This document shows positions 1-12,792 of a stretch of 64,000 bases of DNA, piece by piece. How positions within the stretch are numbered: position 1 is the stretch's first letter; every line of letters starts with the position of its first letter. The stretch is from Sminthopsis crassicaudata (Eukaryota), in the NCBI RefSeq assembly GCF_048593235.1, contig NC_133621.1, forward strand, positions 201,335,238 through 201,399,237. The letters run 5' to 3'. The position numbers and the translations under genes were made by a program. Below the pieces are notes generated by a model. That model ran no database searches. It was given only the letters and a program-made list of their open reading frames with translations, and was not told where the DNA came from.

Positions 1-1989
1 TTCCTTGAGGTAAGAAGGCTGTATTTTTAAACTTAACCTATTACAGGTAAGCTAAAACCTAAACTAAGGTCAGAGACGAAGAACTATGACTTATGCAGTC
101 ACAGGACAAAATTAATTAATTGTTACTAGGATCAATAAGAACATGATGCAGGATCAATTTAAAATTTCTTAATATCTCCCCCTGAAAGGTTGTTGGTGTC
201 TTCTTAGTAATATTGACTTCCTATTCTGTTTTGTTCCTTGATATCATTCAGCACTGGTTATCTCCCTATTATCAGTTTATCAATTAATATCTCCAGAATA
301 TTACTTAACCAATTAGTATCATTTAGTTTTATAAAAATATTTATTATAAAAGTATATAAAAAACCAAACTGTGAAATTTCCCCATTGAATTGGGGCAAAC
401 TCTCTCTTATTAGCATATTATTTTTTGGAGAGAGTGGGCTGAAACTTAAAATTTTAAGGTGATTATTCTTACCATCAAGTTTATTTCTGAATGTGATACA
501 GCTGACTGGCAAAACGAACTATTTCTCAGAATTATCCCATCTTAGGAGGTAGGGTTTTTTTTGAGATTCCACTTGGTCCTGTTCAATGGAAAAGAAGAAT
601 AAAGAGGAAACAGCTCTATTTTAGACACAGGCTTGCTTGGAAGACCATGTACTTCTGTGTCAGCCCTTAGCTTTTTGGAGCTCAAAATAGTGTTTGCATC
701 TAGTGGCCAATAGAAAAGAAAGAGATATTTGGCCTATTTACTTCCTTTGAATATCCACTCATTTCTGACTACTAATTAGTATTTCTGCTATCATATGGTA
801 ATATGAAGTGGGGGGCAGGTACCATTCCACTATTTTGTAGGTAGGGCCCCTCCAAATATTAACATGGGTTACTGCCAAGCAAAGGAGACTATATGCTTGA
901 GGATTTGATCCTCCCCGGCCACTGTTATGTTAGTATACAGATCTTATAAGTTAGAGACAATTTAACATCCAAATGAAGATGCTAGTAATTTCTGTCTGCC
1001 TTAATTTTCTTGATTTATTGTCATCTGTAGTCTTCAAAATTTAAGGTATCATTTGCTTTTTCAATGCTTTTGTTATGAAGATATTTTTGGTCTTAAGATG
1101 ATTCTTAATTTAAATGTTTTTTTCATATTAAATTCTCTTCTGAAATCATTAGAAAATAACTTTTGTGTTAATTCTCCCTAGCAGTGTTTACTCATAGCTT
1201 AGTACACAGATAATCTATAGTTGTTTTGCATTAACAAAGATATATTTGGAAAATAACTTATTAAACTGGTCTCTTTTTACACTGGACTTATGTAGAATAT
1301 CCTGTTTATCAAAATAGAACATTAAGAATATAGACAAGTAAAAATCTTTTTATTTTTTATTGATAGCTCTTTAAAATACTCTAAATTTTACTCTATACTT
1401 ATCCCTCTCTTCAGTCCTAAAGAACTAGAATTTTAAGCATTTTAAGCTTTAATATTTATATTACACCTGATATAATTATGTGTTTTGGTAATAATTGCTG
1501 CATTAGTAGATCCAAGAGTTCCCATATAAGTTACTTGTAATTGCTTCCCTAGATAGATAGAATAATGGATCTAAAATTCTAGGAAAAGGTGTAGCTTAAA
1601 AATGAAAAATATACAACTTGAAAGTAAAAAGTAGGTAGAGAAAGATCAGTAAAAGGAAAGATGGCTAGCTTCCTGATAGGTTTTGGCTATTTTGGCTATT
1701 TCACCCTTTTTATTAATTCAATTTTCTTTTTGCTTGATTCTTATATAAGTAGACACACACATAGAGTATTTTCCAGAATCCACCAGATCATAATTTTCTG
1801 TGCCACAGCAATATTCCAGCCTTATAGTATTTAGTTATTTTACATAATAGAAAATAATATTGATTTATATGACATACGGTAGTTTCTCTTTCTTTTTTGA
1901 TTAAATCTAGTTTAGCTTTAACTTTGTCTGAGATCTTACTACTACTGCTGCTGCTTTTTTTACATAACAAATTCTATTCCTAAACTTTA

Positions 1990-4520
1990 TTGTGTGTATC
2001 TTTCATTTTTTTACAACATTTTTCGGGAGTTCAAATTTTTAATGTAACTGTTTTCATTTCATGGGTGAGTTCATCCAATTCACATTCTAAGCTATAATTA
2101 TTTGTTGCTTATTTTCTTCACTAGCCTTCTCATTCTATCCCTTCTCATTGTTCTGCTTTGTTTCCATCCCCTCACCCTTTTCCTATTCCTACAGGATCTA
2201 TTACTACCTGTTACTTTGTGCTCTTGTTACTTAACCTACCCCCTCTAAGAATCCCTCTCTCTATCCCAAATTCTAAAGTGTAATTACTTGTATATTTTCT
2301 TCCTTCCTATTTTTCCTCTCTATCCTTCTTACCCTATTCCCTTTGGCCTACTCCCTCCAGTAATTTTTCCCTTATCTTCTTTCCCTATTCTATCCCCTTC
2401 CCCTCTTATTTCTTTTTGATTTTAGAAGACTTTTATACTCTTCTAGATATAGATATAGATATGTTCCCTCTTTAACCTTTTCCCAACTAGAGTAAAGTTT
2501 CAGCACTATCTGCCCTTCTACCTACTAGTTTTTGTATCTATCTACCTTTTTTTTTTTCTTTGTTGACTCATTTGTATGAGATGAATACTCTCTTTTATCT
2601 CTCCCTAAACAGTTTTTATATTTTTTTAAGAAGTATCTCAATCATACTCAAATCAATCCAAAGCTTTCTTTCAAACTACCTAAATAAAAATGACATTCAT
2701 AAAAGAACTGATAAGGTTTTTATATGAGGAAAAATTATTTAGCTCCTTATAATTGATCCTTAATATTTTCTTTATATTTCTCCTGGATGTTTTATGTTGA
2801 ATTTTCCCTTAAGTTCTGCTATTTTTGTCAGAAATATCTGAAAAGCTAATTACTATTTTTTTCCATTCAGGACTATATACTTTGTTTGGCAAGTTACCCT
2901 TAATTATAACTCCAAATCTTTTGTTCTATGAAACATAATGGTCCTTCAGTGTAGTAGCTATTAGGTCTTATGTAATCCTTTTCTTTCTTTTCCTTTTTTT
3001 CCCCCCTGAGGCAGTTGGGGTTAATTGACTTGCCCAGGGTCACACAGCTAGGAAGTGCTAAGTGTCTGAGGTCAAATTTGAACTCAAGTTCTCCTGACTT
3101 CAGGGCTGGTGCTCTATCCACTGCACCACCTACCTGTCCCATATGTAATCCTTATTATAGCTACATGATATTTAAATTGTTTTTCCCCCCTTGTTGCTAA
3201 CAGTATTTTCTCCTTAACCTGGGAGCTTTGAAACTTGGTCATGTTATTATAAATTGTCCTTCTGGATCTCTTTCAGATGGTCACAGATTTTTTTTCCCCT
3301 CTTCATTGTCTTCTTGTTCTAACTTCAGAGCGATATTCCTTGATAATTCCTAATAATGTTATATCTATCCTTTTTTTTAATCATAATTTTCAGGCATAAT
3401 AATAATTTATATTATTTCTTCTCAATATGTTTCCCAGATCAGTTGTTTTTCTGTTTTGTTTTTTTTATTCTTTTGATTTTGTTTTGTTATTTCTCTGTCT
3501 TAAAACATCATTAATTTCCCTTTGCCCAATTCTAGTTTCCAAGGAATTGTTTTTTTCCTTAAGTTTTTGGTTCTCTTATTTCAAGTTAGTTGACTTCCTT
3601 TTGGTAATTTTCTTGGATTGCTCTTCCCCCCGATTTTTCCTCAATCTCTTTTATTTGGTTTTTAAAGTCCTTTTAAAATTCTTCTAAGAAATATTTTTGG
3701 TCTTGGGACCATTTGATGTTTCTCATTGAAAAAGGAGTGATTTTTTTTTTTTGCTTTATTATTTTCTTCTGAATATGAACCCTGATCTTCTCTATCTGTC
3801 CCCATAGTTGCTACTTTGTCCTTTGTTCTTGTTGTAAAAAATATATATTTTTAGCAACTATTAGTATGATAAAGTTCTAGTCCCAAGCAGTGGGGAATAA
3901 TTCTCCAAACCATAGGTCTTTCTTATTACTTTCTGAGTCTATTCTGGGGCTCACCCTTGGTTGTCCTCTTCACTCCTAAGCCATAGATAGAGCCTCCAGT
4001 CATACTGTCCTACCTGTGATCTTACTCCTTGTAGTCCCTCTGCTGTCTACCAACAGCTGTCTTCTCTCCCTGGAACTGAAACCAGGGACTGTGCTCTCCT
4101 GCAAGTGCCCACCAGCCAGCAGTGTCGTCCCCACTCTTCTGCTACTGCATTCTCTCTGGGACATGTCTGGTCAGCACATCTGTGCTTGTTGTCCCTTGAC
4201 CTTGGAACATCCTTCAGTCTTTTCCCACTCTGGTGTCAGATCCCCACACTGTGAGATGAAAGTCTGTAAGTCCCAGGCTGCCTCGGACTGTTATCTGTTG
4301 ATTCAGCAGAATAGGCCTGTAGGTTTGCCCTTCACTCTGACTGAATCTCTGTTCTTAGAGGTCTGGTCTTTCCTAGGGTCCTCTTAGGGTTTGTTGTCTG
4401 AGGAGAACCATTGCTTTAGCCTGGCCTTTGTTTATTTCAGTTGCTCTGCATTCCCTGAAGCAATGTTGTGGAAGGACACTTGAAAAGTTTTCTGCTCTAC
4501 TTTGCCATCTTTCCAGAATC
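1990..4520 (-). mobile_element. Old marsupial L1, 5' portion (5' UTR, ORF1, inter-ORF), degraded and interrupted by a SINE
   Basis: T-rich antisense L1 ORF1-type text (gggagctttgaaacttgg...ttcccagatcagttgttttt). No intact ORF. Confidence 0.65.
2981..3140 (-). mobile_element. WSINE1-type SINE with 12-bp TSD
   Basis: Reverse complement of the tRNA head plus CORE consensus. TATGTAATCCTT at 2969-2980 and 3142-3153. Confidence 0.9.
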
Positions 4521-4584
4521 TTCTACTCGGCCCCTCATTTAGATCTAAAAAATTTGTTTAAAAATTTTCCCCATCCCTCTTAAG

Positions 4585-7500
4585 TGTCTAAGAGTTATGG
4601 TTCATAGTTGGTATGAAAGAATTCAGAGGAATTCTCTTATAATCACAAAAGACTTTATTAGTGTAAAAGGGAAGCAGATCAAACTTTGAGTTTGGTAATA
4701 AGTAAAAGTTGGAGAGCTTTTATACTGAAATGTAAGCCTTTTATTAGCTGGCTGAACAGTCTAGAAGGTTATAAAATACAAAAAAAAAAAAAAAGAAAAA
4801 ATTAGATAAGGAAGGAGTCAGAATCTCATCAAATGAAGAGACAGAATGGGATTTTTGTAAGGTTCTGTCAACAAATAGGATTTTAGCAAGGTCCTGTCAA
4901 CAGATATTGCCCCATATTCCTTAACTAGATATGCAGTTTTCAGTAGACCCTGGACTCTGACCCCATCGTCTTCCCCATCTGTCTTTTGGTGAGAGGAAAC
5001 TTGGTACAAAGGCTGGAAGTTTCTGTTTTTCAAGGGAACTGTGGCTATTTCAAACTGCAAAAGGATGTAGAGTTGAGTCTATCTTATTTATAGGGTCCTT
5101 CTCAAAAGGGTTATAAGCTCAAAGACACAGAAACCAGTTGAAGTAGCATTCTTCAGGGCCCAATGTTGATAATCATTTGAAAGCAAATTGAACGGAATCT
5201 AGAGGGAAAAAAATCTAGCCAGGGGGGTGGGGGGGTTTGAAAATCTCAGTTTGATAAGTTTTAGATTTGAGGTACTCAAATGAAATTAGGGTTTTTGGTG
5301 GTCAGGGAGTTAAATGAGGTCTAGTGGCAGGTTCGGGGATCAGGGAGTCAAATGGAGCTCCCCTGCACCCCCTGTGGATTCGGCACAAGGGTAGAGAGTT
5401 TTGGGGACTCCCTTCTGGTAGCACAAGAGGCCTCCTATAAAGGAATTTACAGACCTGAAAACCAAGATTTATAAAAGAGGTTTTTGGATTGGAAGTAGGG
5501 TTAAAGTCTAGTTCAGGAAATAGGTGAGGGTAAAGAGAAGATAACACTGGAAACAGTATTCCAGTGGGCAGAGATCCTTTGGCATGCCATGCATAGGGCT
5601 GGCATGTTTGCAACCTCTGAAAAGATAGGCTTTTAATTTGGCTCTTTTTATAATGAGAGATTTAGCTAAAGGGGGCCTGTGGGTGAAGTCCCAAGTTGGC
5701 TCAGATGCCATAGGGGCTAGGACAAGCCTGGATCTCCTATTGGAATTAAAAGGGGTGCTTTTGACCAGGATTTATGAATCAAAGGTGCAGGCTTAATGCA
5801 TCAGCCTGGAGGGTCTGGGAATCAGAAAGGAATAAATCAATCTGAAAGGAATAGTTTCTTAAAAGGACCACAACCCACTTCAACTTGAGTGGCCAGAATT
5901 TAATTTGCCCAAGTGTTGAAGAGCAGTTACACATTGGGTAGAGAGGATGGTTCATTGAAATCTCCCTTTGGAGTTATTTCTCTTGGTAGGGCTTTTGGAA
6001 ATATTAAAGTTTTGAAAGGAAAGACTTATCTTACAGAAAGAAGAGTGTCCTGCAGGTGCATAGATGGTGCCTCAAGTCAGGATTTCTTCTAATCTCACCA
6101 AAGAAATATACTTCATAGGCAAGAATCCACAAGAACTCATCTTTGGGATATGTGGTTAAAGGAATAGGAGAAAAAATTGGTTTAAGAAGTATGAGAAAGC
6201 AGTTTATTTGGAGAGAATATGATCGAATTTTTTTATCTTCTTTGAAGATTGATGATACCAGGCAGAGTGGAGATAATAATTAATTTTAAGTGTCTCAGCC
6301 ATAGTTTGGTTTTTTTGTGGGGTGAAGAGTGGGCCCTTGTCATTCTACAAAGAACTGGACAAGCCAAAATAAGATAGTTTCTTTTTTTTTTTTTTTTTTT
6401 CCTGAGGCTGGGGTTAAGACTTGCCCAGGGTCACACAGCTAGGAAGTGTTAAGTGTCTGAGACCAGATTTGAACTCAGGTCCTCCTGAATTCAGGGCTGG
6501 TACTCTATCCACTGCGCCACCTAGCTGCCCCTAGATAGTTTCTTTTAATAGAAATTTGCTACCTATAAGGAAAAGCTTTCATCCAATTGATAAAGGTATC
6601 AGCAAAAATCAGCAATAATTTGAAACCCCTGCATGTGTAAAGTCTATCTGCATTTGAATAGATTTTAAAGAGGAAGGGGGTGCTATTAATCCCCTCAGCA
6701 TTTATTTGGGCATAAATTGGACAGACCTGACAAAGTTGTTTATTGGTTTGTCTTAGCTTGTGACTAGTGAAAATTGGTTTTACAAGGGACTTCATACTTT
6801 GGTAAAGACCTAAGAAAAGTTTCCACCAGCTTCTGGAATTAAAAACTGCCCCAAGGGCAGGGGGAAAGAGTATGTCCCCTCACTTTTGCAAAGGATGGAA
6901 TGTAAGTGGGGACCAGGGGAAAAAGGAAGTTAATGTAATAGATTGGCCAGTAGCCAGTTTCTTATTGCTTGGTCTATGCATATCAATAAGTTATTTGTAA
7001 GAACATGTTTGTAACCAAAGAACAAGTACAAACATGTCGTTCTCACATTAGGAACAAAATTGACTTTTTCATTGATGTAACATAAAATATTCCATATTAT
7101 ATCCCTTTCTCCAAATCACACTAAAAACATTTCAGATTTAGTTTCAATAATCAATAGAATAACAGCTGATCCTACAAACAATTGTATTAATGGCAATTGT
7201 TCTTATGTTACTTTGAAACATTTAAAGACCTACAGACCATACATATCATACATATACAGGCAGATGAGTAGGGTTCAGGTCAAAAACAGCAAGATCTTAT
7301 ATACTTGCACATTTCTCATGGCTTTTATACTGACCACTTGCTCTAATTATAGAAATTAGGTATAAGAGGAAAAAGCAGGAACATGATTATAATGGTATTT
7401 TTATCGCTGTTTGACTTCAGGTAAGAGTTAAAGTTGACAACCAAGTAGCAGTAACAGTTTTATTCAGATTAAAAAACAATTGGGTGGGAAACTGAGCCAG

Positions 7501-7810
7501 AAGGATCCCACCTTAAATTTAAGCCAAGATTTTCCTTTCAGCCTTTGCCCAGATATAAGCTTTTTTCTTTAGGGCTGCTGATCTTGTTCACAAAGTGATT
7601 TTAAGAAACTTGGCAAGCTTACAAATTAAGGAGGAGTCTACAGGGACCTCAAAGAAGGAGCTGAGCTTGCTGCTCCTGGCTGCTCACCCCTGCTGTCCTC
7701 GTGGCCTATATTCCTTGACACTTCCTCCATTCTATGAAGAGGGGAAGGGAGCTGTATACTCTTAGATCCCAAGATGAATTGCTCTAAAATGCAAATCCAA
7801 ACCAGATAAA
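4585..7810 (-). mobile_element. Degraded class I (ERV1/gamma-like) endogenous retrovirus: 3' LTR-like end, pol-integrase remnant, leader-like end
   Basis: Minus-strand peptides CQVCP...CRGFKLLLIFADTFINWMKAFP (ORF 6559-6795) and SYFGLSSSL*NDKGPLF...LHSAWYHQSSKK match integrase zinc-binding and DDE-core motifs (LVFVDTFSGWVEAFP, FGLP.SLQSDNGPAF, LH.AWRPQSSG). Outer limits approximate. Confidence 0.8.
6382..6531 (-). mobile_element. Young WSINE1-type SINE inserted into the ERV integrase
   Basis: Near-consensus copy with poly(T). TSD AGATAGTTTCTTTT at 6372-6385 and 6533-6546. Confidence 0.92.
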
Positions 7811-7865
7811 ATTTTTACCTTATCCTCTCCTTTCTATATGCAGTAATTAGGAGTTTTAAGCTATA

Positions 7866-8067
7866 TAATTAAAGCATATGAAAAACATCTTTAATACCAG
7901 TTATATTGTTTTGAATGTTTTCTAAGGAATTAAATATTTTCATCTTTGCTTGTGGTTAACAAAGTTCTAAGAGTGCTAAACTAAATTATTTGGAGTTTAG
8001 CACGCTTAGAATTTTGTTAACCACAAATATAACTGGTATTAAAGATGTTTTTCATATGCTTTAATTA
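7866..8067. repeat. Long inverted repeat / hairpin element
   Basis: Perfect 42-bp arms at 7866-7907 and 8026-8067. Inner 33-bp arms at 7950-7982 and 7994-8026 (2 mismatches). 11-nt loop, 42-nt one-sided bulge. Confidence 0.92.
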
Positions 8068-8429
8068 TTCAATTTATACTTTTAATGCGGGTTACTAGGT
8101 GACAAAGCAAATCTCAGTTCTATGTCTCAGAAGGAAACCATTACTTATCAATTAGTATTTATTAAGTCTCATAGAGGCAATCGGTGGCATTTTCTTTTCC
8201 CAAGCTATTACAGCTCTGGGCATTTTTTGAGAGCAGCTTGGGCTTCCCCTTCTTGTTCCATCAAATGAATTTTCTTTTTGAGTTAGGGAAGAAACAGGAA
8301 AATCATTATAATTCAGATAGAACATATAATCCTGCTCATTCCCTATTAAATATTATTGAAGCTCTTTACCATGTCTAAGAAGGATTCCCTTATATATACT
8401 TTATGTAGATTTGAAAGTAGGCAAATGGG

Positions 8430-8830
8430 TTGGCACCTATCACACAATCCTAGAATTTGAGAGTTGGAAACTTCTTAAGCAGCCATCTGTTTCAACATAT
8501 ACATCAGTACATAATCACTTTTTTTTTTTTTTTTTGGGTGTCTACAGTTTTTAAGTGACTTATCCAGAATCACACATCCAATATTAAATGTCTGAGGTCA
8601 GAATTGAAATTAAACTCGGGTTCTCCTGACTCCAGTTCCAGAGTTCTTTCCATTATGCCACCTCACTGCCCCTACTGCAGCAACATACTTTCCCCCTCCC
8701 AGTGTAATACTTTGATAAGTTGTTGTCTTACCTCTTTCTAAATACTTCCAAGGAGAAGGAATCCACCACTTTAAAGTCCATTCCTTTGGATGGCCTTAAT
8801 TTGATTTTTTTTTTAATGTCCATCAAGCCT
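8430..8830 (+). mobile_element. CR1/L3-like 3' fragment interrupted by a minus-strand CORE SINE (about 8520-8672)
   Basis: cctagaatttgagagttggaa...ctaaatacttccaaggagaaggaatccaccact resembles the L3 3' end. The SINE has a poly(T) and CORE sequence. Confidence 0.5.
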
Positions 8831-9679
8831 GTCTTCCAATGTGTCTTTCTTTCAGTTCTGTGCCTTTGCCCCCTATATTGATGGTGACAGAAAAACTTAA
8901 AAACTAAACAGGTTTTAGAACACCTATGAATTTTAACTTGACTGTTCTTGATGGCGTATTATCTTGGTTTGATACTTAAATGGCCAACTGGTATTTAATT
9001 GTGCTTTCTCCCAAGGGATAATTCTATACATAAGGAGCTAAAAGGCTAACTTAAAGGGCTTAAAAAATTGCTAATTTTGCTCACCAAAAAGCATTTTTGG
9101 AAAGGCCTCTTTAGAAGACCTTTAGACTGACCTTGAGAAAATCAGCTAGTATATTTATGCCATTGACTTCTAGAAGCATGGAGGAAACATTTCTGAAAAG
9201 GGTTTTAACCCAAGTTGTAAATTAAATATAGCATAGTGATATTCATAATAAACCTTGGGTCTTTTTCCAGCTTTTATTGAATAGAAAAATATTTGTTTTT
9301 ATCCAAAACAGAATATTAAAAATTAAAATATTATTATACTAAATAAATAACATTACAATAATATATCATTAGACCAAGAAGTAAATACTTTGTCCATGAG
9401 ACATAGAATTGTTATTGAATAAATGCTTATCAAAGAAATAAAACTTAAATGAAAAATCAGGATACCTTTTAGAGGAGTACCAATATAATATTAATTTGAT
9501 AAGTAATGGTCATTATCCAACCATAGGAGAGCTAAACCAGATACAGGCACGTGCAATTGATTTTTTAAAATTTAATTTTTCTTGACAGTCATTCAAAAAA
9601 TGAATATTTACTGTTAAGAACAGTCATGTAAAGCTGTGAATCTCAGCTTGTTTTTTACCCACACCCCTTCAAATTTTAT

Positions 9680-10260
9680 ATGGTAGTTACAACAGTTTGT
9701 CTCTGTCCCTTTCTGAACTTCCCTCTGTTTCCTGTGGTGTTTTTTTAAATTAGTTGATGCCTTTTCTTTTTATCTTTTATGTATATATATTACATATATA
9801 TATATATGTATATATATATATTTTTTTTTTTTTTTTAATTCCCCCAATTCTCTTCTTTCTCCTCCAAAAAACAAGGCTTCCCTCACATAAAACAAATCCA
9901 TACATTGGAAAATGTATGATTTTGTGCTTTGAGTCAATCACCACATCTTCTGATGTCATGATTGTTTTTAGTATTGATTATGGTACTTAAATCTTTCATA
10001 GCTTTTTTCCTTTTCTAATGTATTAGCCATTGTTTAAATTGGTTCTGCTCATTTCATTCTGTATCATTTCATATTAGTTCACTTGGAAGTCCTCTACTGT
10101 CTTTTTCATAATTTCTCATCCTGACAGTGATAATCCATTATTTTTTTGTATTATAACATAATTAATCGAGCCATTTCTCAGTTTGTAGGCATTCATTTGT
10201 TTCCACTTCTTTGCTGCAATAAAAAGAATTACTATATATTTTTGTATGTGAAGATCCTTT
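9680..10260 (-). mobile_element. Old L1 3'-end fragment with (TA)n expansion
   Basis: Antisense L1 3' UTR/ORF2-end text (gctgcaataaaaaga, gccatttctcagttt). (TA)n at about 9781-9821. Confidence 0.55.
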
Positions 10261-10463
10261 AACTATTTTCCTTTTAAATGCACAAAATAAGATTACAAAA
10301 GTACAAACTGCCAAAATATTTTTTAAAAAATTTCTGACTCTCCAGTTTAAGAATTCCTGTGTTCAAAAGCTAATTTCTACTAAGTTTTCAACTGTCTCAG
10401 TAATTTTTTTGAATAAAGAATTTTTGAAGCTCAGTAGTTTGTCTTGGCTTATCAAAATATTGG

Positions 10464-10790
10464 TGTGACGACTGCATTAGCACCCTAGATACCTTAGAAT
10501 CAGCAGGAGTCAGGATAAGCAAAAATCTTTATTCTTGGTCTTTAGCAGTAGAAGTGAAGGGGAAGGAAGCAGAATCTCTAGGCCCTCACCTCTTTGTTTC
10601 CCACCCAGAGTGAGTCTGGCTAGTCTTACTCCATTCCTAGTCCCTCCCATAATTCTCTGTATACACCAAACGATTGGGCTAGCACAGAATAGTGGGAAGG
10701 GCCATTTTCTACGCCTATTCTTATAGAGTATTTTCCATTCAGTAATTAGCCTCAAGTGTTCCATTGTCCAAGAGTTTCTAATCCTTTACA
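10464..10790 (-). mobile_element. Solo LTR with 6-bp TSD (class II/beta-like)
   Basis: TG...CA termini, TATTGG on both sides (10458-10463, 10791-10796), minus-strand AATAAA at 10528-10533. Confidence 0.85.
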
Positions 10791-11749
10791 TATTGGGTCT
10801 TGTATACTTAATGAATTCCACTAAGTGTTTTTAATTTTATTTTTAAAAATTTACCAACTTTTTCTAATGGTGACTATTTGTTAATGTAATTCCCACTTCT
10901 TGATTTTCCTTGAGTCTTAATTTACTACATAAATTTTAAATGTATAATCTAATCTTTTGGAGATTTGATAGATCACAGATATTAAATACTAGTTGTTTTA
11001 GTAGTTTTATCAGTACCACTTGAAAACCTTATTTAAAACCGAAGGGCAAGACAAAATAACCAATCAAAATCCAGGAACTCAGCTATTTAATGTTTCTGTA
11101 AATGTTTGTATATGGTACATCTGTGAAGAATGGGTAATAGAAACTCAAGCAGCTGCTATGTGATCAGCTTAAAAGAGATAAAAAGTTAGTGCTCTTCGGT
11201 AGTGACAGCTATATCATCAACCAGTCAGAACAATTTGAGGATACAAGTCTAACAATAAAACATTGACACATTTTGAACAGTCACTGATTGGCTTGTAGGA
11301 CTGTCCTTATGCATGTGAGAATAGAGTAGCATTAGTAGTAGTAGCATCTTTTAATGGTGGAGTAGTAATATTGGTCTGGAGGTTACAACAATCTAAAAGC
11401 ATTCTGTGTAGTGATTTTAAAAGTAGCAGATAAAAATTAGTTTTTTGCCTTTTTTTTGAAAAAATTAATTCATGGTAGAATTACACTAAGTATCCTATTT
11501 ATGTTACATAGTTAAGAAAAGTTTTGGGATTTTTTTTTTTTTTTAGGAGACAGAGAAGGGAAACTTTACTAACAATAGCCAAAAAAAAAATTAATATGTT
11601 AGTAATACAGCTCTGTTATACTAAAATTTTATTTTCTTCCATTAAAAATGATTTCTTATTGTAAATTTTACCAACCTCAATATGAAAGTTTCTTCTATCA
11701 TGAAGAATAGAAAAAGAATCTGTTATATAGGTTTTTTAAAGAGTATATT

Positions 11750-12215
11750 CTATAATGGCTAATAATGGGAAATTGAAAGGATGCCCATCAATTGCTAAGT
11801 AAGTTGTGCTGTAAGATTGTAGGATGATTGCAGAAACAGCTGGAAAGATTTAAATTAACTGATGATTAGTTAAGTAATCAGAACCATGAGGACATTTTCA
11901 CAGTAGCAGCAATTTTGTTTGATGAACTGTGAATGACTTAACTAGTCAGCAAAATAATGATCCAGGTACTAATAATGAAACATTATTTGCCTCCAGTGTA
12001 AGAACTGGTGTTGTTTTGAGTACAGACTGAAGCATACTATTTTTCACTTTCTTTTTTTTTCTTCTTTAATTTGAGTCTTGTATAAAATAATATTTAGAAA
12101 TGTTTTATCTAATTGCACATGTGTAATCTATATCCGAATGCTCATATCTCAGGGAGAGGGGAGGGAAAGGATAGAGGGAAGAATTGAATTTGGAACTCAA
12201 AATTTTTAATTAAAA
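11750..12215 (+). mobile_element. Old L1 3'-end fragment
   Basis: ggaaattgaaaggatgcccatcaattg...ggagagggagggaaaggatagagggaagaattgaatttggaactcaaaa is typical of a marsupial L1 ORF2 end and 3' UTR. Confidence 0.6.
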
Positions 12216-12520
12216 TTCTCAGATTTTTTTTTAGAATGCATATATTCAGTTTTATCATGCTTATTTTAACATCTTTGTTATTGGTTTAGCTATTCAAAAC
12301 AAATATAGATAGTATTTGTATCTAAAAATATGAGCTTTAGTCTATTATCTCATAGCTATGAAGCTATGAAACCTAATGCAGATTAAGAAAGTCTTACATT
12401 GAATTGTAAATCTAACCTAGTTAGATATACTTTTCATCTTTTCTAATTAGTTTAAGTAAACTGTTGTCTTAAAATAAAAATTTAGAAAAGGTTATCAAAA
12501 CCTTTGTGTTTTTTATGCAG

Positions 12521-12579
12521 GAAACACTTCAAACAATGAAATATTGAAAAGGAAAGCCACATCAATTAAGATAAATAAG
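12521..12579 (+). CDS. SCAF11: SCAF11 coding exon (human-equivalent exon 7)
   Basis: Acceptor ttttatgcag, donor AAG|gtctgt, 59 bp = 2+19 codons, NTSNNEILKRKATSIKINK (human ...KKNAAIKINK, recalled). Phase joins the next exon. Confidence 0.8.
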
Positions 12580-12685
12580 GTCTGTTGAAATACATGAAAC
12601 ATTTTTCTTGAGCGTATAAAATAATTTTAATATTATTATTGTTATTAATTGGCTCTGTTATAATAATAACTTTTTACTTTTCTAG

Positions 12686-12792
12686 CCTCAAAGACAGAAC
12701 TGCCCAAATCACTGCTTCCGAAATTATTTTTCCAGTGTATTTTCTTCTGATAATCACACTGGAGAATCTTCTTGTTCCTTTAGAAGTCATTG
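12686..12792 (+). CDS. SCAF11: SCAF11 coding exon (exon 8)
   Basis: tttctag|CCT...TG|gttagt, 107 bp, PQRQNCPNHCFRNYFSSVFSSDNHTGESSCSFRSH, similar to human PQRSNWSTNQCFRNFFSNMFSS. Preceded by a 106-bp intron. Confidence 0.9.

Noticed and set aside
1-52. Donor-like GAG|gtaaga (10) and CAG|gtaagc (47)
   Set aside because: Both have an in-frame stop just upstream in the phase required by exon 7, and there is too little context.
11547-11601. Possible SCAF11 exon 6 (RQRRETLLTIAKKK after a poly-T AG)
   Set aside because: Similarity to human exon 6 is faint, and neither nearby GT gives the phase needed to join exon 7. Exon 6 is probably upstream of the window.
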